Part shown: piece by piece, positions 37,601 to 53,700 of the stretch
How positions within the stretch are numbered: position 1 is the stretch's first letter
Layout of the letters: each line of letters begins with the position of its first letter
Assembly: GCF_964355755.1 (NCBI RefSeq)
Contig: NC_092675.1
Location: forward strand, 12,581,812-12,645,811
DNA from: Antedon mediterranea
Lineage: Eukaryota; Animalia; Echinodermata
Reading direction: 5' to 3'
DNA length: 64,000 nucleotides
The notes under the pieces: model-generated
Seen by the model: the letters and a program-made list of their open reading frames with translations, nothing else
Databases searched by the model: none
Told to the model about the DNA's origin: nothing
Program-made: the position numbers and the translations under genes

Positions 37601-40600
37601 CGTGCTTAAAATCACATTATAAACCGTTTTAGACCATTTTGAGCATTTCGATAACACTTTTCACACAAAAACATCAAAGAGCACAAAATAGCTTAATATC
37701 GTATTTAAAAACGTTTTAGACCATTTTGAGCATTTAGACAAAACTTTTTCACACAAAACACCAAAGTGCTTAGAATAGCTTCAAATCGCATTTGGAGACG
37801 TTTTAGACCATTTTGTGCATTTCGATGAAACTTGGTTACACAAAAACATCAAAGTGCTTAAAATCACATTATAAATCGTTTTAGACCATTTTGAGCATTT
37901 CGACAAAACTTTTTCACACTAAATACCAAAGGGCTTAGAATAGCTTCAAATCGCATTTGGAGACGTTTTAGACCATTTTGTGATTTTCGAAAAAACTTTT
38001 TAACATAAAAACACCAAAGTGCTTAGAATAGCTTCAAATCACATTTGGAGACGTTTTAGACCATTTTGTGATTTTCGAAAAAACTTGTTAACATAAAAAC
38101 ACGAAAGTGCTTAGAATAGCTTCAAATCGCATTTGGAAACGTTTTAGACCATTTTGTGATTTTCGAAAAAAATTGTTAACATAAAAACACCAAAGTGCTT
38201 AGAATCACATTATAAACCGTTTTAGACCATTTTGAGCATTTCGATAACAATTTTCGCACAAAAACATCAAAGAGCACAAAATAGCTTAATATCGTATTTA
38301 AAAATGTTTTAGACCATTTTGAGCATTTAGATAAAACTTTTTCACACAAAACACCAAAGTGCTTAGAATAGTTTCAAATCGCATTTGGAGACGTTTTAGA
38401 CCATTTTGTGATTTTTTAAAAAACTTGTTAACATAAAAACACCAAAGTGCTTAGAATAGCTTCAAATCGCATTTGGAAACGTTTTAGACCATTTTGTGAT
38501 TTTCGAAAAAACTTGTTAACATAAAAACACGAAAGTGCTTAGAATAGCTTCAAATCGCATTTGGAAACGTTTTAGACCATTTTGTGATTTTCGAAAAAAA
38601 TTGTTAACATAAAAACACCAAAGTGTTTAGAATAGCTTCAAATCGCATTTGGAGACGTTTTAGACCAATTTGTGATTTTCGAAAAAACTTATCAACATAA
38701 AAACACCAAAGGGTTTAGAATAGCTTCAAATCGCATTTGGAGACGTTTTAGACCATTTTGTGATTTTGAAAAAACTTGTTAACATAAAAACACCAAAGTG
38801 CTTAGAATAGCTTCAAATCGCATTTGGAGACGTTTTAGACCATTTTGTGATTTTTGAAAAAACTTGTTAACATAAAAACACCAAAGTGCTTAGAATAGCT
38901 TCAAATCGTATTTGGAGACGTTTTAGACCATTTTGAGATTTTCGAAAAAACTTGGTTACACAAAAACATCAAAGTGCTTAAAATCACATTATAAACCGTT
39001 TTAGACCATTTTGAGCATTTCGATAACACTTTTCACACAAAAACATCAAAGAGCACAAAATAGCTTAATATCGTATTTAAAAACGTTTTAGACCATTTTG
39101 AGCATTTCGACAAAACCTTTTCACACAAAACACCAAAGTGCTTAGAATAGCTTCAAATCGCATTTGGAGACGTTTTAGACCAATTTGTGCATTTCGATGA
39201 AACTTGATTACACAAAAACATCAAAGTGCTTCAAATCACATTATAAACCGTTTTAGACCATTTTGAGCATTTCGATAACACTTTTCACACAAAAACATCA
39301 AAGAGCACAAAATAGCTTAATATCGTATTTAAAAACGTTTTAGACCATTTTGAGCATTTAGACAAAACTTTTTCACACAAAACACCAAAGTGCTTAGAAT
39401 AGCTTCAAATCGCATTTGGAGACGTTTTAGACCATTTTGTGCATTTCGATGAAACTTGGTTACACAAAAGCATCAAAGTGCTTAAAATCACATTATAAAT
39501 CGTTTTAGACCATTTTGAGCATTTCGACAAAACTTTTTCACACAAAATACCAAAGTGCTTAGAATAGCTTCAAATCGCATTTGGAGACGTTTTAGACCAT
39601 TTTGTGATTTTCGAAAAAACTTTTTAACATAAAAACACCAAAGTGCTTAGAATAGCTTCAAATCACATTTGGAGACGTTTTAGACCATAAGTGCTTAGAA
39701 TCACATTATAAACCGTTTTAGACCATTTTGAGCATTTCGATAACAATTTTCACACAAAAACATCAAAGAGCACAAAATAGCTTAATATCGTATTTAAAAA
39801 TGTTTTAGACCATTTTGAGCATTTAGATAAAACTTTTTCACACAAAACACCAAAGTGCTTAGAATAGCTTCAAATCGCATTTGGAGACGTTTTAGACCAA
39901 TTTGTGATTTTTGAAAAAACTTGTTAACATAAAAACACCAAAGTGCTTAGAATAGCTTCAAATCACATTTGGAAACGTTTTAGACCATTTTGTGATTTTG
40001 AAAAAACTTGTTAACATAAAAACACCAAAGTGCTTAGAATAGCTTCAAATCGCATTTGGAGACGTTTTAGACCATTTTGTGATTTTCGAAAAAACTTGTT
40101 AACATAAAAACACCAAAGTGCTTAGAATAGCTTCAAATCGTATTTGGAGACGTTTTAGACCATTTTGAGATTTTCGAAAAAACTTGGTTACACAAAAACA
40201 TCAAAGTGCTTAAAATCACATTATAAACCGTTTTAGACCATTTTGAGCATTTCGATAACACTTTTCACACAAAAACATCAAAGAGCACAAAATAGCTTAA
40301 TATCGTATTTAAAAACGTTTTAGACCATTTTGAGCATTTCGACAAAACTTTTTCACACAAAACACCAAAGTGCTTAGAATAGCTTCAAATCGCATTTGGA
40401 GACGTTTTAGACCAATTTGTGCATTTCGATGAAACTTGATTACACAAAAACATCAAAGTGCTTAAAATCACATTATAAACCGTTTTAGACCATTTTGAGC
40501 ATTTCGATAACACTTTTCACACAAAAACATCAAAGAGCACAAAATAGCTTAATATCGTATTTAAAAACGTTTTAGACCATTTTGAGCATTTCGACAAAAC

Positions 40601-41729
40601 TTTTTCACACAAAACACCAAAGTGCTTAGAATAGCTTCAAATCGCATTTGGAGACGTTTTAGACCAATTTGTGCATTTCGATGAAACTTGATTACACAAA
40701 AACATCAAAGTGCTTAAAATCACATTATAAACCGTTTTAGACCATTTTGAGCATTTCGATAACACTTTTCACACAAAAACATCAAAGAGCACAAAATAGC
40801 TTAATATCGTATTTAAAAACGTTTTAGACCATTTTGTGATTTTCGAAAAAACTTTTTAACATAAAAACACCAAAGTGCTTAGAATAGCTTCAAATCACAT
40901 TTGGAGACGTTTTAGAACATAAGTGCTTAGAATCACATTATAAACCGTTTTAGACTATTTTGAGCATTTCGATAACAATTTTCACACAAAAACATCAAAG
41001 AGCACAAAATAGCTTAATATCGTATTTAAAAATGTTTTAGACCATTTTGAGCATTTAGATAAAACTTTTTCACACAAAACACCAAAGTGCTTAGAATAGC
41101 TTCAAATCGCATTTGGAGACGTTTTAGACCATTTTGTGATTTTTGAAAAAACTTGTTAACATAAAAACACCAAAGTGCTTAGAATAGCTTCAAATCACAT
41201 TTGGAGACATTTTAGACCATTTTGTGATTTTCGAAAAAACTTTTTAACATAAAAACACCAAAGTGCTTAGAATAGCTTCAAATCACATTTGGAGACGTTT
41301 TAGAACATAAGTGCTTAGAATCACATTATAAACCGTTTTAGACCATTTTGAGCATTTCGATAACAATTTTCACACAAAAACATCAAAGAGCACAAAATAG
41401 CTTAATATCGTATTTAAAAATGTTTTAGACCATTTTGAGCATTTAGATAAAACTTTTTCACACAAAACACCAAAGTGCTTAGAATAGCTTCAAATCGCAT
41501 TTGGAGACGTTTTAGACCATTTTGTGATTTTTGAAAAAACTTGTTAACATAAAAACACCAAAGTGCTTAGAATAGCTTCAAATCACATTTGGAGACGTTT
41601 TAGACCATTTTGTGATTTTCGAAAAAACTTGTTAACATAAAAACACGAAAGTGCTTAGAATAGCTTCAGATCGCATTTGGAAGCGTTTTAGACCATTTTG
41701 TGATTTTCGAAAAAAATTGTTAACATAAA

Positions 41730-44700
41730 AACACCAAAGTGCTTAGAATAGCTTCAAATCGCATTTGGAGACATTTTAGACCAATTTGTGATTTTCGAAA
41801 AAAACTTGTCAACATAAAAACACCAAAGTGTTTAGAATAGCTTCAAATCGCATTTGGAGACGTTTTAGACCAATTTGTGATTTTCGAAAAAACTTATCAA
41901 CATAAAAACACCAAAGGGTTTAGAATAGCTTCAAATCGCATTTTGAGACGTTTTAGACCATTTTGTGATTTTCGAAAAAACTTGTTAACATAAAAACACG
42001 AAAGTGCTTAGAATAGCTTCAAATCGCATTTGGAAACGTTTTAGACCATTTTGTGATTTTCGAAAAAACTTGTTAACATAAAAACACGAAAGTGCTTAGA
42101 ATAGCTTCAAATCGCATTTGGAAACGTTTTAGACCATTTTGTGATTTTCGAAAAAAATTGTTAACATAAAAACACCAAAGTGCTTAGAATCACATTATAA
42201 ACCGTTTTAGACCATTTTGAGCATTTCGATAACAATTTTCACACAAAAACATCAAAGAGCACAAAATAGCTTAATATCGTATTTAAAAATGTTTTAGACC
42301 ATTTTGAGCATTTGGTTAAAACTTTTTCACACAAAACACCAAAGTGCTTAGAATAGCTTCAAATCGCATTTGGAAACGTTTTAGACCATTTTGTGATTTT
42401 CGAAAAAACTTGTTAACATAAAAACACCAAAGTGCTTAGAATAGCTTCAAATCGCATTTGGAGACATTTTAGAGCAATTTGTGATTTTTGAAAAAACTTG
42501 TTAACATAAAAACACCAAAGTGCTTACAATAGCTTCAAATCGTATTTGGAGACGTTTTAGACCATTTTGTGATTTTCGAAAAAACTTGGTTACACAAAAA
42601 CATCAAAGTGCTTAAAATCACATTATAAACCGTTTTAGACCATTTTGAGCATTTCGATAACACTTTTCACACAAAAACATCAAAGAGCACAAAATAGCTT
42701 AATATCGTATTTAAAAACGTTTTAGACCATTTTGAGCATTTCGACAAAACTTTTTCACACAAAACACCAAAGTGCTTAGAATAGCTTCAAATCGCATTTG
42801 GAGACGTTTTAGACCAATTTGTGCATTTCGATGAAACTTGATTACACAAAAACATCAAAGTGCTTAAAATCACATTATAAACCGTTTTAGACCATTTTGA
42901 GCATTTCGATAACACTTTTCACACAAAAACATCAAAGAGCACAAAATAGCTTAATATCGTATTTAAAAACGTTTTAGACCATTTTGAGCATTTCGACAAA
43001 ACTTTTTCACACAAAACACCAAAGTGCTTAGAATAGCTTCAAATCGCATTTGGAGACGTTTTAGACCAATTTGTGCATTTCGATGAAACTTGGTTACACA
43101 AAAACATCACAGTGCTTAAAATCACATTATAAACAGTTTTAGACCATTTTGAGCATTTCGACAAAACTTTTTCACACAAAACACCAAAGTGCTTAGAATA
43201 GCTTCAAATCGCATTTGGAGACGTTTTAGACCATTTTGTGATTTTCGAAAAAACTTGTTAACATAAAAACACCAAAGTGCTTAGAATAGCTTCAAATCGT
43301 ATTTGGAGACGTTTTAGACCATTTTGTGATTTTCGAAAAAACTTGTTAACATAAAAACACCAAAGTGCTTAGAATAGCTTCAAATCGCATTTGGAGACAT
43401 TTTAGACCAATTTGTGATTTTCGAAAAAAACTTGTCAACATAAAAACACCAAAGTGTTTAGAATAGCTTCAAATCGCATTTGGAGACGTTTTAGACCAAT
43501 TTGTGATTTTCGAAAAAACTTATCAACATAAAAACACCAAAGGGTTTAGAATAGCTTCAAATCGCATTTTGAGACGTTTTAGACCATTTTGTGATTTTCG
43601 AAAAAACTTGTTAACATAAAAACACGAAAGTGCTTAGAATAGCTTCAAATCGCATTTGGAAACGTTTTAGACCATTTTGTGATTTTCGAAAAAACTTGTT
43701 AACATAAAAACACGAAAGTGCTTAGAATAGCTTCAAATCGCATTTGGAAACGTTTTAGACCATTTTGTGATTTTCGAAAAAAATTGTTAACATAAAAACA
43801 CCAAAGTGCTTAGAATCACATTATAAACCGTTTTAGACCATTTTGAGCATTTCGATAACAATTTTCACACAAAAACATCAAAGAGCACAAAATAGCTTAA
43901 TATCGTATTTAAAAATGTTTTAGACCATTTTGAGCATTTGGTTAAAACTTTTTCACACAAAACACCAAAGTGCTTAGAATAGCTTCAAATCGCATTTGGA
44001 AACGTTTTAGACCATTTTGTGATTTTCGAAAAAACTTGTTAACATAAAAACACCAAAGTGCTTAGAATAGCTTCAAATCGCATTTGGAGACATTTTAGAG
44101 CAATTTGTGATTTTTGAAAAAACTTGTTAACATAAAAACACCAAAGTGCTTACAATAGCTTCAAATCGTATTTGGAGACGTTTTAGACCATTTTGTGATT
44201 TTCGAAAAAACTTGGTTACACAAAAACATCAAAGTGCTTAAAATCACATTATAAACCGTTTTAGACCATTTTGAGCATTTCGATAACACTTTTCACACAA
44301 AAACATCAAAGAGCACAAAATAGCTTAATATCGTATTTAAAAACGTTTTAGACCATTTTGAGCATTTCGACAAAACTTTTTCACACAAAACACCAAAGTG
44401 CTTAGAATAGCTTCAAATCGCATTTGGAGACGTTTTAGACCAATTTGTGCATTTCGATGAAACTTGATTACACAAAAACATCAAAGTGCTTAAAATCACA
44501 TTATAAACCGTTTTAGACCATTTTGAGCATTTCGATAACACTTTTCACACAAAAACATCAAAGAGCACAAAATAGCTTAATATCGTATTTAAAAACGTTT
44601 TAGACCATTTTGAGCATTTCGACAAAACTTTTTCACACAAAACACCAAAGTGCTTAGAATAGCTTCAAATCGCATTTGGAGACGTTTTAGACCAATTTGT
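41730..44700. repeat. ~1626-bp tandem block duplication within satellite
   Basis: Rare variants recur at offset 1626 (GCATTTGGAGACAT at 41761/43387; TTTGGTTAAA at 42311/43937). The ends are approximate. Confidence 0.8.
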
Positions 44701-47700
44701 GCATTTCGATGAAACTTGATTACACAAAAACATCGAAGTGCTTAAAATCACATTATAAACCGTTTTAGACCATTTTGAGCATTTCGATAACACTTTTCAC
44801 ACAAAAACATCAAAGAGCACAAAATAGCTTAATATCGTATTTAAAAACGTTTTAGACCATTTTGAGCATTTAGACAAAACTTTTTCACACAAAACACCAA
44901 AGTGCTTAGAATAGCTTCAAATCGCATTTGGAGACGTTTTAGACCATTTTGTGATTTTTGAAAAAACTTGTTAACATAAAAACACCAAAGTGCTTAGAAT
45001 AGCTTCAAATCGCATTTGGAAACGTTTTAGACCATTTTGTGATTTTCGAAAAAACTTGTTAACATAAAAACACGAAAGTGCTTAGAATCACATTATAAAC
45101 CGTTTTAGACCATTTTGAGCATTTCGATAACAATTTTCACACAAAAACATCAAAGAGCACAAAATAGCTTAATATCGTATTTAAAAATGTTTTAGACCAT
45201 TTTGAGCATTTAGATAAAACTTTTTCACACAAAACACCAAAGTGCTTAGAATAGCTTCAAATCGCATTTGGAGACGTTTTAGACCATTTTGTGATTTTTG
45301 AAAAAACTTGTTAACATAAAAACACCAAAGTGCTTAGAATAGTTTCAAATCACATTTGGAGATGTTTTAGACCATTTTGTGATTTTTGAAAAAACTTATT
45401 AACATAAAAACACGAAAGTGCTTAGAATAGCTTCAAATCACATTTGGAGACGTTTTAGACCATTTTGTGATTTTTGAAAAAACTTGTTAACATAAAAACA
45501 CGAAAGTGCTTAGAATAGCTTCAAATCGCATTTGGAAACGTTTTAGACCATTTTGTGATTTTCGAAAAAGATTGTTAACATAAAAACACCAATGTGCTTA
45601 GAATCACATTATAAACCGTTTTAGACCATTTTGAGCATTTCGATAACAATTTTCACACAAAAACATCAAAGAGCACAAAATAGCTTAACATCGTATTTAT
45701 AAATGTTTTAGACCATTTTGAGCATTTCGACAAAACTTTTTCACACAAAACACCAAAGTGCTTAGAATAGCTTCAAATAGCATTTGGAGACGTTTTTTAT
45801 ACCATTTTGTGATTTCGATGAAACTTGATTACACAAAAACATCAACGTGCTTAAAATCACATTATAAACCGTTTTAGACCATTTTGAGCATTTCGATAAC
45901 ACTTTTCACACAAAAACATCAAAGAGCACAAAATAGCTTAATATCGTATTTAAAAACGTTTTAGACCATTTTGAGCATTTAGACAAAACTTTTTCACACA
46001 AAACACCAAAGTGCTTAGAATAGCTTCAAATCGCATTTGGAGACGTTTTAGACCATTTTGTGCATTTCGATGAAACTTGGTTACACAAAAACATCAAAGT
46101 GCTTAAAATCACATTATAAATCGTTTTAGACCATTTTGAGCATTTCGACAAAACTTTTTCACACAAAATACCAAAGGGCTTAGAATAGCTTCAAATCGCA
46201 TTTGGAGACGTTTTAGACCATTTTGTGATTTTCGAAAAAACTTTTTAACATAACAACACCAAAGTGCTTAGAATAGCTTCAAATCACATTTGGAGACGTT
46301 TTAGACCATTTTGTGATTTTCGAAAAAACTTGTTAACATAAAAACACGAAAGTGCTTAGAATAGCTTCAAATCGCATTTGGAAACGTTTTAGACCATTTT
46401 GTGATTTTCGAAAAAAATTGTTAACATAAAAACACCAAAGTGCTTAGAATCACATTATAAACCGTTTTAGACCATTTTGAGCATTTCGATAACAATTTTC
46501 ACACAAAAACATCAAAGAGCACAAAATAGCTTAATATCGTATTTAAAAATGTTTTAGACCATTTTGAGCATTTAGATAAAACTTTTTCACACAAAACACC
46601 AAAGTGCTTAGAATAGCTTCAAATCGCATTTGGAGACGTTTTAGACCATTTTGTGATTTTTGAAAAAACTTGTTAACATAAAAACACCAAAGTGCTTAGA
46701 ATAGCTTCAAATCACATTTGGAGACGTTTTAGACCATTTTGTGATTTTCGAAAAAACTTGTTAACATAAAAACACGAAAGTGCTTAGAATAGCTTCAAAT
46801 CGCATTTGGAAACGTTTTAGACCATTTTGTGATTTTCGAAAAAACTTGTTAACATAAAAACACGAAAGTGCTTAGAATAGCTTCAAATCGCATTTGGAAA
46901 CGTTTTAGACCATTTTGTGATTTTCGAAAAAAATTGTTAACATAAAAACACCAAAGTGTTTAGAATAGCTTCAAATCGCATTTGGAGACGTTTTAGACCA
47001 ATTTGTGATTTTCGAAAAAACTTATCAACATAAAAACACCAAAGGGTTTAGAATAGCTTCAAATCGCATTTGGAGACGTTTTAGACCATTTTGTGATTTT
47101 CGAAAAAACTTGTTAACATAAAAACACGAAAGTGCTTAGAATAGCTTCAAATCGCATTTGGAAACGTTTTAGACCATTTTGTGATTTTCGAAAAAACTTG
47201 TTAACATAAAAACATGAAAGTGCTTAGAATAGCTTCAAATCGTATTTGGAGACGTTTTAGACCATTTTGTGATTTTCGAAAAAACTTGTTAACATAAAAA
47301 CACCAAAGTGCTTAGAATAGCTTCAAATCGCATTTGGAGACGTTTTAGACCATTTTGTGCATTTCGATGAAACTTGGTTACACAAAAACATCAAAGTGCT
47401 TAAAATCACATTATAAACCATTTTAGACCATTTTGAGCATTTCGATAACACTTTTCACACAAAAACATCAAAGAGCACAAAATAGCTTAATATCGTATTT
47501 AAAAACGTTTTAGACCATTTTGAGCATTTCGACAAAACTTTTTCACACAAAACACCAAAGTGCTTAGAAGAGCTTCAAATCGCATTTGGAGACGTTTTAG
47601 ACCATTTTGTGATTTTCGAAAAAACTTGTTAACATAAAAACATCAAAGTGTACAGAATAACTTCAAATCGCATTTGGAGACCGTTTTAGGCCAATTTGTG

Positions 47701-50700
47701 ATTTTCGAAAAAACTTGTTAACCTAAAAATACCAAAGTGTTTAGAATAGCTTCAAATCGCATTTGGAGACGTTTTAGACCATTTTGTGATTTTCGAAAAA
47801 ACTTGTTAACATAAAAACACCAAAGTGCTTCAAATCGCATTTGGAGACATTTTAGACCAATTTGTGATTTTTGAAAAAACTTGTTAACATAAAAACACCA
47901 AAGTGCTTACAATAGCTTCAAATCGTATTTGGAGACGTTTTAGACCATTTTGTGATTTTCGAAAAAACTTGTTAACATAAAAACACCAAAGTGCTTCAAA
48001 TCGCATTTGGAGACATTTTAGACCAATTTGTGATTTTTGAAAAAACTTGTTAACATAAAAACACCAAAGTACTTAGAATAGCTTCAAATCGCATTTGGAG
48101 ACGTTTTAGACCATTTTATGCATTTCGATGAAACTTGGTTACACAAAAACATCAAAGTGCTTAAAATCACATTATAATCCGTTTTAGACCATTTTGAGCA
48201 TTTCGATAACACTTTTCACACAAAAACATCAAAGAGCACAAAATAGCTTAATATCGTATTTAAAAACGTTTTAGACCATTTTGAGCATTTCGACAAAACT
48301 TTTTCACACAAAACACCAAAGTGCTTAGAATAGCTTCAAATCGCATTTGGAGACGTTTTAGACCATTTTGTGATTTTCGAAAAAAATTGTTAACATAAAA
48401 ACATCAAAGTGTACAGAATAGCTTCAAATCGCATTTGGAGACCGTTTTAGGCCAATTTGTGATTTTCGAAAAAACTTGTTAACCTAAAAATACCAAAGTG
48501 TTTAGAATAGCTTCAAATCGCATTTGGAGACGTTTTAGACCATTTTGTGATTTTCGAAAAAACTTGTTAACATAAAAACACCAAAGTGCTTAGAATAGCT
48601 TCAAATCGCATTTGGAGACATTTTAGACCAATTTGTGATTTTCGAAAAAACTTATCAACATAAAAACACCAAAGGGTTTAGAATAGCTTCAAATCGCATT
48701 TGGAGACGTTTTAGACCATTTTGTGATTTTTGAAAAAACTTGTTAACATAAAAACACGAAAGTGCTTAGAATAGCTTCAAATCGCATTTGGAAACGTTTT
48801 AGACCATTTTGTGATTTTCGAAAAAGATTGTTAACATAAAAACACCAATGTGCTTAGAATCACATTATAAACCGTTTTAGACCATTTTGAGCATTTCGAT
48901 AACAATTTTCACACAAAAACATCAAAGAGCACAAAATAGCTTAATATCGTATTTATAAATGTTTTAGACCATTTTGAGCATTTCGACAAAACTTTTTCAC
49001 ACAAAACACCAAAGTGCTTAGAATAGCTTCAAATCGCATTTGGAGACGTTTTAGACCATTTTGTGATTTCGATGAAACTTGATTACACAAAAACATCAAA
49101 GTGCTTAAAATCACATTATAAACCGTTTTAGACCATTTTGAGCATTTCGATAACACTTTTCACACAAAAACATCAAAGAGCACAAAATAGCTTAATATCG
49201 TATTTAAAAACGTTTTAGACCATTTTGAGCATTTAGACAAAACTTTTTCACACAAAACACCAAAGTGCTTAGAATAGCTTCAAATCGCATTTGGAGACGT
49301 TTTAGAACATTTTGTGTTTTTCGAAAAAAACTGTTAACATAAAAACACCAAAGTGCTTAGAATAGCTTCAAATCGCATTTGGAGACGTTTTAGAACATTT
49401 TGTGTTCTTCGAAAAAACCTGTTAACATAAAAACACCAAAGTGCTTAGAATAGCTTCAAATCGCATTTGGAGACGTTTTAGACCATTTTGTGATTTTTGA
49501 AAAAACTTGTTAACATAAAAACACCAAAGTGCTTAGAATAGCTTCAAATCACATTTGGAGACGTTTTAGACCATTTTGTGATTTTCGAAAAAACTTGTTA
49601 ACATAAAAACACCAAAGTGCTTAGAATAGCGTCAAATCGTATTTGGAGACGTTTTAGACCATTTTGTGATTTTCGAAAAAACTTGTTAACATAAAAACAC
49701 CAAAGTGCTTAGAATAGCTTCAAATCGCATTTGGAGACGGTTTAGACCATTTTGTGATTTTGAAAAAACTTGTTAACATAAAAACACCAAAGTGCTTAGA
49801 ATAGCTTCAAATCGCATTTGGAGACGTTTTAGACCATTTTGTGATTTTCGAAAAAACTTGTTAACATAAAAACACCAAAGTGCTTAGAATAGCTTCAAAT
49901 CGTATTTGGAGACGTTTTAGACCATTTTGAGATTTTCGAAAAAACTTGGTTAAACAAAAACATCAAAGTGCTTAAAATCACATTATAAACCGTTTTAGAC
50001 CATTTTGAGCATTTCGATAACACTTTTCACACAAAAACATCAAAGGGCACAAAATAGCTTAATATCGTATTTAAAAACGTTTTAGACCATTTTGAGCATT
50101 TCGACAAAACTTTTTCACACAAAACACCAAAGTGCTTAGAATAGCTTCAAATCGCATTTGGAGACGTTTTAGACCAATTTGTGCATTTCGATGAAACTTG
50201 ATTACACAAAAACATCAAAGTGCTTAAAATCACATTATAAACCGTTTTAGACCATTTTGAGCATTTCGATAACACTTTTCACACAAAAACATCAAAGAGC
50301 ACAAAATAGCTTAATATCGTATTTAAAAACGTTTTAGACCATTTTGAGCATTTCGACAAAACTTTATCACACAAAACACCAAAGTGCTTAGAATAGCTTC
50401 AAATCGCATTTGGAGACGTTTTAGACCAATTTGTGCATTTCGATGAAACTTGATTACACAAAAACATCAAAGTGCTTAAAATCACATTATAAACCGTTTT
50501 AGACCATTTTGAGCATTTCGATAACACTTTTCACACAAAAACATCAAAGAGCACAAAATAGCTTAATATCGTATTTAAAAACGTTTTAGACCATTTTGAG
50601 CATTTAGAAAAAACTTTTTCACACAAAACACCAAAGTGCTTAGAATAGCTTCAAATCGCATTTGGAGACGTTTTAGACCATTTTGTGATTTTTGAAAAAA

Positions 50701-53700
50701 CTTGTTAACATAAAAACACCAAAGTGCTTAGAATAGCTTCAAATCACATTTGGAGACGTTTTAGACCATTTTGTGATTTACGAAAAAACTTGTTAACATA
50801 AAAACACGAAAGTGCTTTGAATAGCTTCAAATCGCATTTGGAAACGTTTTAGACCATTTTGTGATTTTCGAAAAAACTTGTTAACATAAAAACACGAAAG
50901 TGCTTAGAATCACATTATAAACCGTTTTAGACCATTTTGAGCATTTCGATAACAATTTTCACACAAAAACATCAAAGAGCACAAAATAGCTTAATATCGT
51001 ATTTAAAAATGTTTTAGACCATTTTGAGCATTTAGATAAAACTTTTTCACACAAAACACCAAAGTGCTTAGAATAGCTTCAAATCGCATTTGGAGACGTT
51101 TTAGACCATTTTGTGATTTTTGAAAAAACTTGTTAACATAAAAACACCAAAGTGCTTAGAATAGCTTCAAATCACATTTGGAGATGTTTTAGACCATTTT
51201 GTGATTTTTGAAAAAACTTGTTAACATAAAAACACGAAAGTGCTTAGAATAGCTTCAAATCACATTTGGAGACGTTTTAGACCATTTTGTGATTTTTGAA
51301 AAAACTTGTTAACATAAAAACACGAAAGTGCTTAGAATAGCTTCAAATCGCATTTGGAAACGTTTTAGACCATTTTGTGATTTTCGAAAAAGATTGTTAA
51401 CATAAAAACACCAATGTGCTTAGAATCACATTATAAACCGTTTTAGACCATTTTGAGCATTTCGATAACAATTTTCACACAAAAACATCAAAGAGCACAA
51501 AATAGCTTAATATCGTATTTAAAAACGTTTTAGACCATTTTGAGCATTTAGACAAAACTTTTTCACACAAAACACCAAAGTGCTTAGAATAGCTTCAAAT
51601 CGCATTTGGAGACGTTTTAGACCATTTTGTGCATTTCGATGAAACTTGGTTACACAAAAACATCAAAGTGCTTAAAATCACATTATAAATCGTTTTAGAC
51701 CATTTTGAGCATTTCGACAAAACTTTTTCACACAAAATATCAAAGGGCTTAGAATAGCTTCAAATCGCATTTGGAGACGTTTTAGACCATTTTGTGATTT
51801 TCGAAAAAACTTTTTAACATAAAAACACCAAAGTGCTTAGAATAGCTTCAAATCACATTTGGAGACCTTTTAGACCATTTTGTGATTTTCGAAAGAACTT
51901 GTTAACATAAAAACACGAAAGTGCTTAGAATAGCTTCAAATCGCATTTGGAAACGTTTTAGACCATTTTGTGATTTTCGAAAAAAATTGTTAACATAAAA
52001 ACACCAAAGTGCTTAGAATCACATTATAAACCGTTTTAGACCATTTTGAGCATTTCGATAACAATTTTCACACAAAAACATCAAAGAGCACAAAATAGCT
52101 TAATATCGTATTTAAAAATGTTTTAGACCATTTTGAGCATTTAGATAAAACTTTTTCACACAAAACACCAAAGTGCTTAGAATAGCTTCAAATCGCATTT
52201 GGAGACGTTTTAGACCATTTTGTGATTTTTGAAAAAACTTGTTAACATAAAAACACCAAAGTGCTTAGAATAGCTTCAAATCACATTTGGAGACGTTTTA
52301 GACCATTTTGTGATTTTCGAAAAAACTAGTTAACATAAAAACACGAAAGTGCTTAGAATAGCTTCAAATCGCATTTGGAAACGTTTTAGACCATTTTGTG
52401 ATTTTCGAAAAAACTTGTTAACATAAAAACACGAAAGTGCTTAGAATAGCTTCAAATCGCATTTGGAAACGTTTTAGACCATTTTGTGATTTTCGAAAAA
52501 AATTGTTAACATAAAAACACCAAAGTGTTTAGAATAGCTTCAAATCGCATTTGGAGACGTTTTAGACCAATTTGTGATTTTCGAAAAAACTTATCAACAT
52601 AAAAACACAAAAGGGTTTAGAATAGCTTCAAATCGCATTTGGAAACGTTTTAGACCATTTTGTGATTTTGAAAAAACTTGTTAACATAAAAACACCAAAG
52701 TGCTTAGAATAGCTTCAAATCGCATTTGGAGACGTTTTAGACCATTTTGTGATTTTCGAAAAAACTTGTTAACATAAAAACACCAAAGTGCTTAGAATAG
52801 CTTCAAATCGTATTTGGAGACGTTTTAGACCATTTTGAGATTTTCGAAAAAACTTGGTTACACAAAAACATCAAAGTGCTTAAAATCACATTATAAACCG
52901 TTTTAGACCATTTTGAGCATTTCGATAACACTTTTCACACAAAAACATCAAAGAGCACAAAATAGCTTAATATCGTATTTAAAAACGTTTTAGACCATTT
53001 TGAGCATTTCGACAAAACTTTTTCACACAAAACACCAAAGTGCTTAGAATAGCTTCAAATCGCATTTGGAGACGTTTTAGACCAATTTGTGCATTTCGAT
53101 GAAACTTGATTACACAAAAACATCAAAGTGCTTAAAATCACATCATAAACCGTTTTAGACCATTTTGAGCATTTCGATAACACTTTTCACACAAAAACAT
53201 CAAAGAGCACAAAATAGCTTAATATCGTATTTAAAAACGTTTTAGACCATTTTGAGCATTTCGACAAAACTTTTTCACACAAAACACCAAAGTGCTTAGA
53301 ATAGCTTCAAATCGCATTTGGAGACGTTTTAGACCAATTAGTGCATTTCGATGAAACTTGACTACACAAAAACATCAAAGTGCTTAAAATCACATTATAA
53401 ACCGTTTTAGACCATTTTGAGCATTTCGATAACACTTTTCACACAAAAACATCAAAGAGCACAAAATAGCTTAATATCGTATTTAAAAACGTTTTAGACC
53501 ATTTTGAGCATTTAGACAAAACTTTTTCACACAAAACACCAAAGTGCTTAGAATAGCTTCAAATCGCATTTGGAGACGTTTTAGACCATTTTGTGATTTT
53601 TGAAAAAACTTGTTAACATAAAAACACCAAAGTGCTTAGAATAGCTTCAAATCACATTTGGAGACGTTTTAGACCATTTTGTGATTTTCGAAAAAACTTG

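Noticed and set aside
644-49156. Recurrent 67-68 aa ORFs (MLSKCSKWSK...) at 644, 2684, 9956, 18379, 35062 and 48953
   Set aside because: Chance read-through of satellite monomers, opened by small indels, with non-ATG starts.
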